From contig JAIKVV010000018.1 in the NCBI GenBank assembly GCA_024685385.1, positions 12,422 to 76,421 of the forward strand: a DNA stretch of 64,000 nucleotides, given 5' to 3'. Positions within the stretch are counted from its first letter, which is position 1. Each line of letters starts with the position of its first letter. The position numbers were made by a program, and so were the translations under genes. The stretch comes from Saccharofermentans sp. GTDB lineage: Bacteria > Bacillota > Clostridia > Saccharofermentanales > Saccharofermentanaceae. Below are positions 16,770 to 25,607 of the stretch, in pieces. The notes below the pieces were generated by a model. The model did not search any database, was not told the DNA's origin, and saw only the letters and a list, made by a program, of their open reading frames with translations.

Positions 16770-17829
16770 GATCAGAAGAGTTCACATAAGCGATGCCAGA
16801 GATCTTTCAAAGCTCGGGCTGATCAAAGGCAATATCACAAATGCCGAAAGCGAATTGCGTTCATTTTCGGAATCATCCGACTGCAAATATAAAGTAGCAT
16901 TATCCGATGGCAGGATAGTGTGTCTCATTAAGATCAGATACTCCTCCCTCGCGCCAAATGCCGATATAAGGCTCGATCTTATAAGCGAAAGCAAAGACCT
17001 TGCCGGAGAGATCTTAAGATCCGTTCTCAACAAATGCTTCATCAGGGAAAACATCCATAAGATAAGCATTATCCTTTACGGTGAAAACCTTTATCTTGAA
17101 AAGGTATTGCAGGAGGAAGGCTTCATCCAGGAAGCCGTCCTTAAGGATGAGATAGAGACCGCAAACGGTTTTGAAGATGCAGGACTCTTCTGTCTGCTCA
17201 GGCCGGAATACAGAGGATATAATTTCTGCTTTGTCCCCTTCCCTCTCGGAGTCGTAGTCGTAGGCGGCGGATCCGATATGATCGACAGGCTCAGCCTCCT
17301 ACATTACGGAGATACTGTCGAAGATCCCTTTGCAAGAGATGTTGCCCTGCATTCGGGCTTTTTGGATGATTCCGGAAGACTTCTTGCCAATAAAGATGAT
17401 CTTTATAAGCTGGATGAATCATCCGGTGAAAGCCTCCCGTCAGAAGTTTGGAAAGCATACAGGGAACTGACAGAATATTTTGAAAAGAAGAGGTCTTCTT
17501 TTACTGTCAAGGTCGATCTTAAGGATTCAACGCCCTTCCAGCGCAAGGTCTGGGAGGCGCTTACCAAGATCTCCTACGGCAACATGAGATCTTATGAGGA
17601 TATAGCCAAAGATGTCGCCGAATCCCCTTCCCAGGCAAGAAAGCTTACCCGCGCCGTCGGCGCAGCATGCTCCGATAATCCTTATCCCGTGATAATCCCC
17701 TGCCACAGGGTAATCGGAAAGGACGGCACATTGGTGGGCTATGCCGCAGGCCTTGATATCAAGGACTTCCTTCTGACACACGAGACTTTCTCTTATATAA
17801 TCCCGCTTAACGGTGATAATGATGTTTGA
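16759..17829 (+). CDS. GNAT (RimJ/RimL-like) N-acetyltransferase domain fused to methylated-DNA-protein-cysteine methyltransferase (Ogt/MGMT)
   Basis: I moved the start to ATG 16759 (MAIEIRRVHISD), overlapping the upstream stop by 11 nt. The N-terminal half reads ...NIHKISIILYGENLYLEKVLQEEGFIQEAVLKDE. The C-terminal half has the PCHRV active site and a helix-turn-helix (MRSYEDIA). Confidence 0.75.
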   Translation: MAIEIRRVHISDARDLSKLGLIKGNITNAESELRSFSESSDCKYKVALSDGRIVCLIKIRYSSLAPNADIRLDLISESKDLAGEILRSVLNKCFIRENIHKISIILYGENLYLEKVLQEEGFIQEAVLKDEIETANGFEDAGLFCLLRPEYRGYNFCFVPFPLGVVVVGGGSDMIDRLSLLHYGDTVEDPFARDVALHSGFLDDSGRLLANKDDLYKLDESSGESLPSEVWKAYRELTEYFEKKRSSFTVKVDLKDSTPFQRKVWEALTKISYGNMRSYEDIAKDVAESPSQARKLTRAVGAACSDNPYPVIIPCHRVIGKDGTLVGYAAGLDIKDFLLTHETFSYIIPLNGDNDV

Positions 17830-17847
17830 TATTTCGGAGGATATATA

Positions 17848-18456
17848 ATGGCAAAACACGATAAGATCGATCTGGGTGTATCCACATCCCTTAATCCGGT
17901 TCCGGTTGTGATGATATCTTCTTCATCCGATGAGGTTCCCCGCAACATATGTACTGTCGCATGGGCAGGAACTGTCAATTCAGAGCCTCCCATGGTATCC
18001 ATATCACTCAGAAAGAGCAGGCTCTCCCACGAAATGATCACATCATCCGGGGAGTTCGTCATCAACCTCGTAAACAAATCCCTCGCAAAATCCTGCGATT
18101 TCTGCGGAGTAAGATCCGGGCGCGATGTCGATAAGTTCTTAAAATGCGGACTCAATTCCTATCCTGCCAAGGGACTTACGAAAGCCGTTGCAATAACCGA
18201 GTCTCCCCTTTCTTTATCCTGCAAGGTCAAGGATGTTATAGAACTCGGGTCTCATGACATGTTCCTGGCGGAAGTCGTTGCCGTAACATGCGATTCCTAT
18301 CTCATGGATGAAAACGGCAAAGCATGTCTGGATAAAGCCGGATTAGTGGCATATAATCACGGCGAGTATTTTCTTCTGGGCGAAAAGATCGGATTCTTCG
18401 GTTATTCCGTGGCTGCCCCCGATGTGCTCGAAAGAAGACTGAAGGAGCATTCATAA
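17848..18456 (+). CDS. Flavin reductase family protein (FMN-binding split barrel)
   Basis: 202 aa. The pattern PVPVVMISS...NICTVAWAGTVNSEPPMVSISL...GEFVINL is typical of flavin reductase-like domains. Confidence 0.7.
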   Translation: MAKHDKIDLGVSTSLNPVPVVMISSSSDEVPRNICTVAWAGTVNSEPPMVSISLRKSRLSHEMITSSGEFVINLVNKSLAKSCDFCGVRSGRDVDKFLKCGLNSYPAKGLTKAVAITESPLSLSCKVKDVIELGSHDMFLAEVVAVTCDSYLMDENGKACLDKAGLVAYNHGEYFLLGEKIGFFGYSVAAPDVLERRLKEHS

Positions 18457-18457
18457 T

Positions 18458-19180
18458 ATGATCGTCTTATATATCCTGCTGTCGATACTTGCTTTGATAT
18501 TGCTCTTTTTCCTCTTTCTCTGGATCGTTTCCCTGCCTGTTGACATAAACAGGTTCTACGAAAAAGACAGCCGTTTCTACCGCAAGCTTCTTTACTTATG
18601 CACTGCAATAGCCGTCTTTTTCGTAAGGATAAAGATCACTGTAAAAGGCAAGGAACAGATACCTGAATCTTCTTATCTTTTGGTAGGCAACCACAGATCC
18701 AACTTCGATCCTCTCCTGACCTGGCATGTTTTCAAAAAATCAAAACTGTCTTTTATCTCCAAGCCCGAAAATTTCCATGTTCCGATCTTCGGCAAATACG
18801 TAAGGCGCATCTGCTTTATGGGTATCGACAGATCCAATCCCAGACAGTCGATGAGAGTAATAAATGCTGCGGCAGATCTCATAAGATGCGGAGAGGTCTC
18901 AGTAGGCGTCTATCCCGAGGGCAAGCGCAGTTTTGACGGAACACTGCTGCCCTTCCATAAAGGTGTTTTTAAGATCGCTCTCAAGGCCAACTGTCCCATC
19001 GTAGTCGTAGGCATCAACGGAACCGAAAAGATACACAAGAACGCCCCATTCAAAAAGACCGATGTTGATATCACCGTCCTGAAAGTCATTAATCCCGTTG
19101 GAAAGACTACAGTGGAACTGGATGATATGGTAAGGTCATTGCTTGCTCCTTACGATCTATCCCGGAAAGAAACAAAGTAA
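18458..19180 (+). CDS. plsC: 1-acyl-sn-glycerol-3-phosphate acyltransferase
   Basis: 240 aa. N-terminal transmembrane helix. Acyltransferase motifs NHRSNFDP (HxxxxD) and YPEGKRS. Confidence 0.8.
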   Translation: MIVLYILLSILALILLFFLFLWIVSLPVDINRFYEKDSRFYRKLLYLCTAIAVFFVRIKITVKGKEQIPESSYLLVGNHRSNFDPLLTWHVFKKSKLSFISKPENFHVPIFGKYVRRICFMGIDRSNPRQSMRVINAAADLIRCGEVSVGVYPEGKRSFDGTLLPFHKGVFKIALKANCPIVVVGINGTEKIHKNAPFKKTDVDITVLKVINPVGKTTVELDDMVRSLLAPYDLSRKETK

Positions 19181-19183
19181 AAA

Positions 19184-19208
19184 GGCTGCCCCGCAAAGCA
19201 AGGCAGCC
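19184..19208. terminator. Hairpin between convergent genes (probable bidirectional terminator)
   Basis: GGCTGCC (19184-19190) pairs with GGCAGCC (19202-19208). The T-tract is better on the minus-strand side. Confidence 0.45.
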
Positions 19209-19233
19209 CTCATATCCGTTATTATTCTAAAGA

Positions 19234-19734
19234 TCAGTGAGGCATCTTGTTAAAGAAATTTGCAAGAGGCTCGACTATGTCATGCAGGTTCTTTATTGAT
19301 TCGTTCAAGGTCTCAATATCGACATTCGAAAGATTATCGATCGCACTTGATGCATTCTCGGTATTTTCAACAACGAGCTTATTAACGTTGCCGACCATCT
19401 CATCGATGCCGTCGATACTGCCCTGAGCATCTCCCAACGCGGTCTTCATCTCCGTAAGTCCTGAGGAAAAGCTCGTTACAGCAGTATCTATCCCCGTGAT
19501 CGTGGTGTTGATGTTGTCTATCGTCATTACCACTTTGGGCAAGATGATACAAAGCCCCAATGAAACTATCAGCACGAATACTGCCAATATAAGAGCCAAG
19601 ATATTAGTCTTCGTCTCCGTCTTTTGCTGACTCCTTACGAGTTCAACCAGAAGATCATGTTCAGACATGCCCGAAAGGTCACCCTTCTTTGTCTTTTTCT
19701 CCTCAACTGCTGCCGTTTTTCCGTTTTCTTCCAT
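19234..19734 (-). CDS. Single-pass membrane protein with an extracytoplasmic coiled-coil-like region
   Basis: 166 aa. Charged N-terminus, one transmembrane helix (ILALILAVFVLIVSLGLCIIL), then an Asn/Thr/Ile-rich helical repeat region. AAAGGAGG RBS. Confidence 0.6.
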   Translation of the reverse strand: MEENGKTAAVEEKKTKKGDLSGMSEHDLLVELVRSQQKTETKTNILALILAVFVLIVSLGLCIILPKVVMTIDNINTTITGIDTAVTSFSSGLTEMKTALGDAQGSIDGIDEMVGNVNKLVVENTENASSAIDNLSNVDIETLNESIKNLHDIVEPLANFFNKMPH

Positions 19735-19755
19735 ATTAACCTCCTTTAAATTTGC

Positions 19756-19783
19756 GTAAGGGGCGCCTTTGAGCGCCCCTTAC
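19756..19783 (-). terminator. GC-rich hairpin after purH (probable pur operon terminator)
   Basis: GTAAGGGGCGC (19756-19766), 6-nt loop, GCGCCCCTTAC (19773-19783), located 26 nt after the purH stop. The T-tract is weak in the minus orientation. Confidence 0.5.
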
Positions 19784-19808
19784 GATCTTTTATTTTCTTC
19801 TGTTGATA

Positions 19809-20990
19809 TCAGTGATGGAACAGTCTGATGCCGTTGAATGCCATGGCAATGCCAAACTTGTCACAGGTCTCGATGACCTGATCGTCACGGACTGATCCGC
19901 CGGGTTCAACAACATAGCGGACGCCGCTCTTATAAGCACGCTCGATATTGTCGCCGAAGGGGAAGAATGCATCTGAACCAAGGGAAACATCAGTGTTCTT
20001 GGAGATCCATTCTTTCTTCTCTTCACGGGTAAGAGGAGCGGGGCACTCGGTGAAGAACTTCTGCCATGTGCCTTCTGCCAAAACATCCATATAATCGTCA
20101 GAGATATAGATATCGATGGTATTGTCTCTGTCAGGACGTCCGATATCCGCCTTGAAAGGAAGGTTCAATACCTTGGGATTCTGCCTCAGCCACCAGTTGT
20201 CGGCCTTGTTGCCTGCGATCCTGGTGCAGTGGATCCTTGACTGCTGTCCTGCGCCTATACCGATTGCCTGACCGTCCTTAACAAAGCAGACGGAATTGGA
20301 CTGGGTATATTTCAGAGTGATGAGAGCGATCATGAGATCGATCTTCTTATCATCGGGGATATCCTTCTTAGCCGTTACGACATTGGCAAGGCTCTCTGTG
20401 TTAACGACAAGGTTGTTCCTTCCCTGCTCGAATGTTACACCGAATACCTGCTTTGTCTCAATGGGATTGGGAACATAATCGGGATCCATCTTAAGGATGC
20501 AGTATGAGCCCTTTCTCTTGGACTTTAAGATCTCAAGAGCTTCGTCTGTATAACCGGGAGCGATGATGCCGTCTGATACTTCTCTCTTGAGCATGGTAGC
20601 CGTGATGGCATCACATGTATCGGAAAGAGAAACGAAATCACCGAAGGAGCTCATTCTGTCAGCGCCTCTTGCTCTTGCATAAGCGCAAGCAATGGGGGAA
20701 AGTTCTCCCAAGTCATCTACAAAGTAGATTGCCTTTTCTGTATCTGAAAGGGGCTTGCCTACTGCAGCGCCTGCCGGAGAAACATGCTTAAAGGATGTTG
20801 CGCTGGGAAGACCCGTTGCGCGCTTTAATTCGGATACGAGCTGCCAGCCGTTGAAAGCATCAAGAAGGTTGATGTAGCCGGGGCGGCCGTTCAGGACCTC
20901 AAAAGGGAGTTCCGTGCCGTCAGCCATGAAGACTCTGGACGGCTTCTGGTTGGGATTACAACCGTACTTCAATTCCATTTCGTTAGACAT
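19809..20990 (-). CDS. purH: Phosphoribosylaminoimidazolecarboxamide (AICAR) formyltransferase, transformylase-only PurH form
   Basis: 393 aa. It begins ...MELKYGCNPNQ and ends ...AFNGIRLFHH. It lacks the N-terminal MGS-like IMP cyclohydrolase domain. Confidence 0.85.
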   Translation of the reverse strand: MSNEMELKYGCNPNQKPSRVFMADGTELPFEVLNGRPGYINLLDAFNGWQLVSELKRATGLPSATSFKHVSPAGAAVGKPLSDTEKAIYFVDDLGELSPIACAYARARGADRMSSFGDFVSLSDTCDAITATMLKREVSDGIIAPGYTDEALEILKSKRKGSYCILKMDPDYVPNPIETKQVFGVTFEQGRNNLVVNTESLANVVTAKKDIPDDKKIDLMIALITLKYTQSNSVCFVKDGQAIGIGAGQQSRIHCTRIAGNKADNWWLRQNPKVLNLPFKADIGRPDRDNTIDIYISDDYMDVLAEGTWQKFFTECPAPLTREEKKEWISKNTDVSLGSDAFFPFGDNIERAYKSGVRYVVEPGGSVRDDQVIETCDKFGIAMAFNGIRLFHH

Positions 20991-21014
20991 TTTTATATGA
21001 CCCTCCTAAAAATA

Positions 21015-21728
21015 TTAAACGTTTTTGTTGACGATCCTGGTCTCTGCCTCGCCCGTTGCGATATCGATGAAACGGACAAAGAGAGAAACCTTGTTATCCT
21101 CATTAAGAGCATTCCAGAGATTATCCGTAAAAGCATCGATATCACCGTCGATGGAAACCTTTACGGGCTCGCCTTCAAAGCTGGGAAGAGGATTTCCGTT
21201 GCCGATGTAGGTGTGGATGATCCTGCCGTCACCTGCCAGAGGATTAGTGTATGTGAAAGTATGTCTTTCGCAGGAATCGGGATTGCCGTCAGCGCTCTTT
21301 AAGATGGACATGGCATAGTTGAATGTATTATTTTCGATATGAAGGATGCCGGAGATCCTGGGCGTATAGTTGGGAGCATCATCTTCGAACTCACGGGTTC
21401 TTAAAGCCTGCTCGAATGTCTGCTGCTTATCCATCTGCTCGTAGATCGTATCTGTCTGGTCACCATTGGTAACAATGGTCTTGTTCCCGAGAACCCTTAC
21501 AGGCGAATAGATGATGAGATGGGGATCTGTAAGCTTTGAGGGATCGAAAGCCTCTGTCTTGATACCGTCAGCCGTGGGAACAAAGACACGGTTTCTGGAG
21601 TTAACGGATCTTCCCATGATGAAGTAACCCGTTACGGCATACTTTCCGCATGCGCTCTTTCCGATTACGATACCGCGGCCCGGGTACTCGTTGCTCTTGA
21701 CATAATCAAAGAGATTCTTCTTTTCCAT
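21015..21728 (-). CDS. purO: IMP cyclohydrolase (PurO-type)
   Basis: 237 aa. N-terminal YPGRGIVIG. It sits between purN and the cyclohydrolase-less purH. Confidence 0.7.
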   Translation of the reverse strand: MEKKNLFDYVKSNEYPGRGIVIGKSACGKYAVTGYFIMGRSVNSRNRVFVPTADGIKTEAFDPSKLTDPHLIIYSPVRVLGNKTIVTNGDQTDTIYEQMDKQQTFEQALRTREFEDDAPNYTPRISGILHIENNTFNYAMSILKSADGNPDSCERHTFTYTNPLAGDGRIIHTYIGNGNPLPSFEGEPVKVSIDGDIDAFTDNLWNALNEDNKVSLFVRFIDIATGEAETRIVNKNV

Positions 21729-21744
21729 AGTGACATCCTCCTAT

Positions 21745-22374
21745 TTAATCTTTTACGTAGGCAATATTATTTTCGATCGTAACCTTACCGTCAGCTATAA
21801 GCCTTATGGCTTCAGGCAGGATTACCTGCTCGCATTCCTTCATTATCCTCTGCTGTAAGATCTCAGGCGTATCATCAGACAGGACGTTAACAGTCTTCTG
21901 CAGGATGATGGGACCCGAATCGTATTCTTCGTTAACAAAATGCACAGTTGCGCCGGATACCTTGACACCCCTTGCAAGAGCAGCGACATGAGGTCTTATG
22001 CCGTACATGCCTTCACCGCAAAATGACGGGATCAATGCCGGATGGATATTGATTATCCTGTTTGAAAACTTCTTAACCGTGAGAGGGCCTAACAAGGACA
22101 GGTATCCAGCAAGGACGATAAGTTCGCATCCTGCATCGGAAACTGCATCCAGGACAGACTGATCCCACTCTTCGAAAGAAGGATAATCCTTGGCTCTCAT
22201 GACGACAGCGGGGATCCCGTTATCTGCAGCTCTTGTCAGAGCATATGCATCAGGAGAAGACGACAAAACAAGACCTATTTCTATGTCAGAAAGATAGCCT
22301 TCCTTAATCCTGTCGATTATTGCCTGAAGATTGGTTCCGCCGCCGGATACAAAGACTGCGATTCTCATTTTCAT
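21745..22374 (-). CDS. purN: Phosphoribosylglycinamide formyltransferase
   Basis: 209 aa. Motifs VFVSGGGTNLQAIID, NIHPALIP and D...G.TVH. Confidence 0.85.
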   Translation of the reverse strand: MKMRIAVFVSGGGTNLQAIIDRIKEGYLSDIEIGLVLSSSPDAYALTRAADNGIPAVVMRAKDYPSFEEWDQSVLDAVSDAGCELIVLAGYLSLLGPLTVKKFSNRIINIHPALIPSFCGEGMYGIRPHVAALARGVKVSGATVHFVNEEYDSGPIILQKTVNVLSDDTPEILQQRIMKECEQVILPEAIRLIADGKVTIENNIAYVKD

Positions 22375-22380
22375 CTTCCT

Positions 22381-23790
22381 TTACTGATACTTGACTTCGT
22401 GAACGGAATCATCATTCTCTTCGGGAAGGCCTGCAATGAAATTGCCGTCAAAGCATGCAGAGCAAACTCCGCAGCTGATGCCTTCAAGTGATGCCTTGAG
22501 AGACTCGAGGCTGATATAACCCAAAGAATCCGCGCCGATCATCTTGCAGATATCATCAACGGACATGAAGCTTGCGGGGAGTTCCTCGCCCTTGGAAGCA
22601 TTGACACCATAGCAGCAAGGGAATCTTACCGGAGGTGAAGCGAGACGCAGGTGAACTTCCTTGGCGCCGTTCTCTCTCAGGAATGTAATGATGTGCTTTG
22701 TAGTGGTTCCTCTTACGAGAGAGTCATCTACGATACAAACTCTCTTGCCGGAAACGGCTGTCTTAAGAACGGAGAACTTCATCCTTACTGCAAGTTCTCT
22801 TTGCTGCTGTGTGCTCTTGATGAATGTTCTTCCGACATAGCGGTTCTTAAGGAGTCCTGCGCCGTAAGGAACACCCATTCCCTCTGCATAACCGATCGCA
22901 GCAGGATTACCGGAGTCAGGAGCACCGATAACGATGTCGCAATCACAGGGCTGCTCCTTTGCAAGACGTCTGCCGACTCTTACTCTCGACTCGAAAACAT
23001 TCATGTTGTCGATAACACTGTCAGGTCTTGCAACATATACATACTCGAAAACACAGACTTTGCCGTCTTTGTGATTACCATTGCAGCCGCCGAAATATGT
23101 GGATTTTACTCCGTCTTTGCTGATGGAGACGATCTCACCGGGATCAACGTCTCTTATGAATTCGGCATCCAGAGCATCAAGAGCGCAGGATTCGGAAGAC
23201 AGGATATACATATCATCCTTCTTACCGAGTACCAGAGGTCTCAGGCCGAAGGGATCCCTTACGCCGATGATCTTGTCTTCGGTCATGAAAGTCATTGCAT
23301 AAACGCCTTTGATCTCCTCACAGGTCTTGGCGATAGCCTCTTCACAGGTCTCAGTCCTTACCCTGTTGCGGGAGAACAAAGAAAGAATGATCTCCGAATC
23401 AGTATTTGTCTGGAAGATGGCACCGACGTTCTTAAGTTCATCTCTCAAAGAATTCTCATTGTGGATGACAGAATCAACTACAAGAGCGATATTGCCGACG
23501 CGGGACTTGATATGGATAGGCTGGATGGCATCGTTGCCGGAATCCTTGGGAGATCCGCCTCTTGCGTGTCCAACGGCTGCACAGCCTTCAAGAGCCGAAA
23601 GGGTAATGTCGTCAAAAACGTCAGTTACCAGACCGTTGCCCTTGTGGACAATAAATGCTCCACGGTCGTTGATCGCTATGCCTGCGGACTCCTGTCCCCT
23701 GTGCTGAAGGGAAAAGATACCGTAGTATGCGGTCTTTGCGACCTCATCCAATTTGCCTTTTGTGTCGATACATCCGAAAATACCGCTCAT
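22381..23790 (-). CDS. purF: Amidophosphoribosyltransferase (PurF), with a divergent glutaminase domain
   Basis: 469 aa. PRTase motif VCIVDDSLVRGTT. Fe-S cysteines at CVFEYVY, PCCYG and CSACF. The N-terminus is MSGIFGC rather than the expected CG(I/V)(F/V)G. Confidence 0.85.
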   Translation of the reverse strand: MSGIFGCIDTKGKLDEVAKTAYYGIFSLQHRGQESAGIAINDRGAFIVHKGNGLVTDVFDDITLSALEGCAAVGHARGGSPKDSGNDAIQPIHIKSRVGNIALVVDSVIHNENSLRDELKNVGAIFQTNTDSEIILSLFSRNRVRTETCEEAIAKTCEEIKGVYAMTFMTEDKIIGVRDPFGLRPLVLGKKDDMYILSSESCALDALDAEFIRDVDPGEIVSISKDGVKSTYFGGCNGNHKDGKVCVFEYVYVARPDSVIDNMNVFESRVRVGRRLAKEQPCDCDIVIGAPDSGNPAAIGYAEGMGVPYGAGLLKNRYVGRTFIKSTQQQRELAVRMKFSVLKTAVSGKRVCIVDDSLVRGTTTKHIITFLRENGAKEVHLRLASPPVRFPCCYGVNASKGEELPASFMSVDDICKMIGADSLGYISLESLKASLEGISCGVCSACFDGNFIAGLPEENDDSVHEVKYQ

Positions 23791-23812
23791 GTTTCACCTC
23801 ATATTTTAAATT

Positions 23813-24322
23813 TTATGAATTCATATTTTTGATCTTGTCCTGAAGATTAGCGTCACGCTTGTCAACTGATTCGGCAAGGCTCTGCTTGTAGTCGGCAAGT
23901 TTTGCAGCCAGGACTTCATCAGACAAAGCCAGGATCTGGCAAGCCAGGATGGCAGCATTGGCAGCACCGTCGATCGCGACTGTCGCAACAGGTATGCCCG
24001 TAGGCATCTGGACTGTTGCATAAAGAGCATCCACACCTGCAAGCGCGCCGCCCTTACAGGGAACGCCTATAACGGGAAGCGTGGTATTGGCTGCGAGAAC
24101 ACCTGCAAGATGAGCAGCAAGTCCCGCTGCAGCAATGATGACCTGAACACCGTTGCCCTTGGCATTCTTTGCAAGGCTTATCGCCCTTTCGGGAGTCCTG
24201 TGTGCCGAAGCTACTCTTGCTTCATAGGACACATCGAACTTCTCGAGCATCTTAAAACAGTTTTCCATTACGGGGAAATCCGAATCCGAACCCATTACTA
24301 CCAATACCTTAGTGTTACTCAT
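23813..24322 (-). CDS. purE: 5-(carboxyamino)imidazole ribonucleotide mutase
   Basis: 169 aa. Motifs VVMGSDSDFPVM, ASAHRTPE and GVPC. Confidence 0.9.
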   Translation of the reverse strand: MSNTKVLVVMGSDSDFPVMENCFKMLEKFDVSYEARVASAHRTPERAISLAKNAKGNGVQVIIAAAGLAAHLAGVLAANTTLPVIGVPCKGGALAGVDALYATVQMPTGIPVATVAIDGAANAAILACQILALSDEVLAAKLADYKQSLAESVDKRDANLQDKIKNMNS

Positions 24323-24346
24323 AACGTTACTGCCTTTCCGTTTTAA

Positions 24347-25471
24347 TCACTCATCTTCAGTCGACCATTCAAGGCGCTTCAAGCACCTGTAATAGTCCTC
24401 AGAACCCCATTCGTAAGGCTTCGGACAGAAGTCGTTGCCGGGGCGCGTCGATGTCTGAGCATAGGGAATAACCTTCAGTCTATAGTCTACGCAATTCCCC
24501 CCTGTCTCGTCTATAAGAAATTTGCATTGAATTATCACAGAATCAGGGTCGCTCAATCTGTTATTTCCACCAAAACAGAAATTTGACAAACTGTAGATTA
24601 TGTAGCGGCCGTTGTAACACTCGATGGGCTGGAGCCTGTGGGGATGGGATCCCACGACTATGTCGGCCCCGTGATCTATGAGAGAACGCCCGAGATCCTT
24701 CTGGGCGTAGTTGGGTTCATAGGTAGCTTCAACGCCCCAGTGACAGGAAGCGATGATTATGTTGCAGCCTAAACCCTTGAGCTGATCGATCAACGCATAA
24801 CCCTGGGATGCGGTTCCGTTGTTTGACAATCCGAACATTCCGATAAGCACCCCGTTGACTTCATATGTGGCTACATAATTCTGGTCGGACCAGATGATGC
24901 CGTACTTATCGAGATTCGCCCTGGTATCGGAGAGTCCTTCCATGAGATAGTCCTTGGTATGGTTGTTTGCTATATTGACGGCTTCTATGTTAGCTCTCTT
25001 GAGCATCTCGAGGTTTTCGGGCTTCATGGCAAAGCAGAACTGCTTGATCGCATGAGACTTTCTCTCGGTAACGGCATTCTCGAGATTCGCAAGCGTCAGG
25101 TCGTCAGCTGCAAAGATATCCTTGCAGTTCTTAAAGCAATAATCCTGATCTGAACCTACAACTGCATCAAAACATACGGAATTATGAACATTAACATCCT
25201 GGGTAAGTGTAAGATCGCCTACAAAAGAGACCGTTACTTCTTTGGTCGGGACTTCGATGTCGGTTAAAGATGCAGATGTGCTCTCTGAACTGTCGGGAAC
25301 GGTTGCTAAGGATGAAGCAGCCTCCGAAAGTTCATCCTCGTTTACGCTTGCCTCGGGACTTATATCCCTTGTAGTATTCTGTGTGACATTATCGCTCGCG
25401 CAGGATGCTGCGAGCATCGGTATGGACAAACAAATGATCAAAGCGATGGCTTTGTAGCGGAACCGACTCAA
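24347..25471 (-). CDS. CapA/PGA_cap-family metallophosphatase-like lipoprotein
   Basis: I propose a TTG start at 25471, 9 nt after an AGAGGTG RBS. This gives (M)SRFRYKAIALIICLSIPMLAASC, a signal peptide plus lipobox. Family motifs VSFVGDLTL and HWGVE...GADIVVGSHPH are present. Confidence 0.7.
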   Translation of the reverse strand: MSRFRYKAIALIICLSIPMLAASCASDNVTQNTTRDISPEASVNEDELSEAASSLATVPDSSESTSASLTDIEVPTKEVTVSFVGDLTLTQDVNVHNSVCFDAVVGSDQDYCFKNCKDIFAADDLTLANLENAVTERKSHAIKQFCFAMKPENLEMLKRANIEAVNIANNHTKDYLMEGLSDTRANLDKYGIIWSDQNYVATYEVNGVLIGMFGLSNNGTASQGYALIDQLKGLGCNIIIASCHWGVEATYEPNYAQKDLGRSLIDHGADIVVGSHPHRLQPIECYNGRYIIYSLSNFCFGGNNRLSDPDSVIIQCKFLIDETGGNCVDYRLKVIPYAQTSTRPGNDFCPKPYEWGSEDYYRCLKRLEWSTEDE

Positions 25472-25504
25472 TTCAACTGTCACCTCTTGTTTTATCTGGA
25501 ATTT

Positions 25505-25531
25505 ATTATAACAATAAAATATTATAATCAA
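25505..25531 (-). promoter_or_regulatory. Extended -10 promoter candidate for the capA-like gene (and possibly the pur genes)
   Basis: On the minus strand: TTGATT (25531-25526), 15-nt spacer containing TGT, TATAAT (25510-25505). Confidence 0.35.
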
Positions 25532-25546
25532 GCCACAGTTATCGCC

Positions 25547-25581
25547 GAAAAACAAAAAATTGCCCCGCTTTTGCGGGGCAA
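25547..25581 (-). terminator. Rho-independent terminator after trpB2
   Basis: TTGCCCCGC (25573-25581 in the minus sense), UUUU loop, GCGGGGCAA, then a T-tract (plus-strand A-run 25547-25559). Confidence 0.75.
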
Positions 25582-25607
25582 TAGTATTTGGATCAATATC
25601 CTTCAGA

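Noticed and set aside
19756-19783. The hairpin read as a plus-strand terminator (it has a good T-tract on the plus strand)
   Set aside because: No plus-strand gene ends upstream of it. It sits 26 nt after the minus-strand purH stop, so it is assigned to purH despite the weaker T-tract in that orientation.
22651-23832. 393-aa plus-strand ORF, the longest antisense ORF in the window
   Set aside because: It lies entirely antisense to purF, which has intact PRTase and Fe-S motifs. I recognise no motif or RBS, so it is a typical shadow ORF.
25472-25555. N-terminal 28-codon extension of the capA-like ORF (MFFGDNCGLIIIFYCY...)
   Set aside because: The extension covers the candidate promoter and the RBS. 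A TTG start at 25471 behind AGAGGTG yields a canonical lipoprotein signal peptide.
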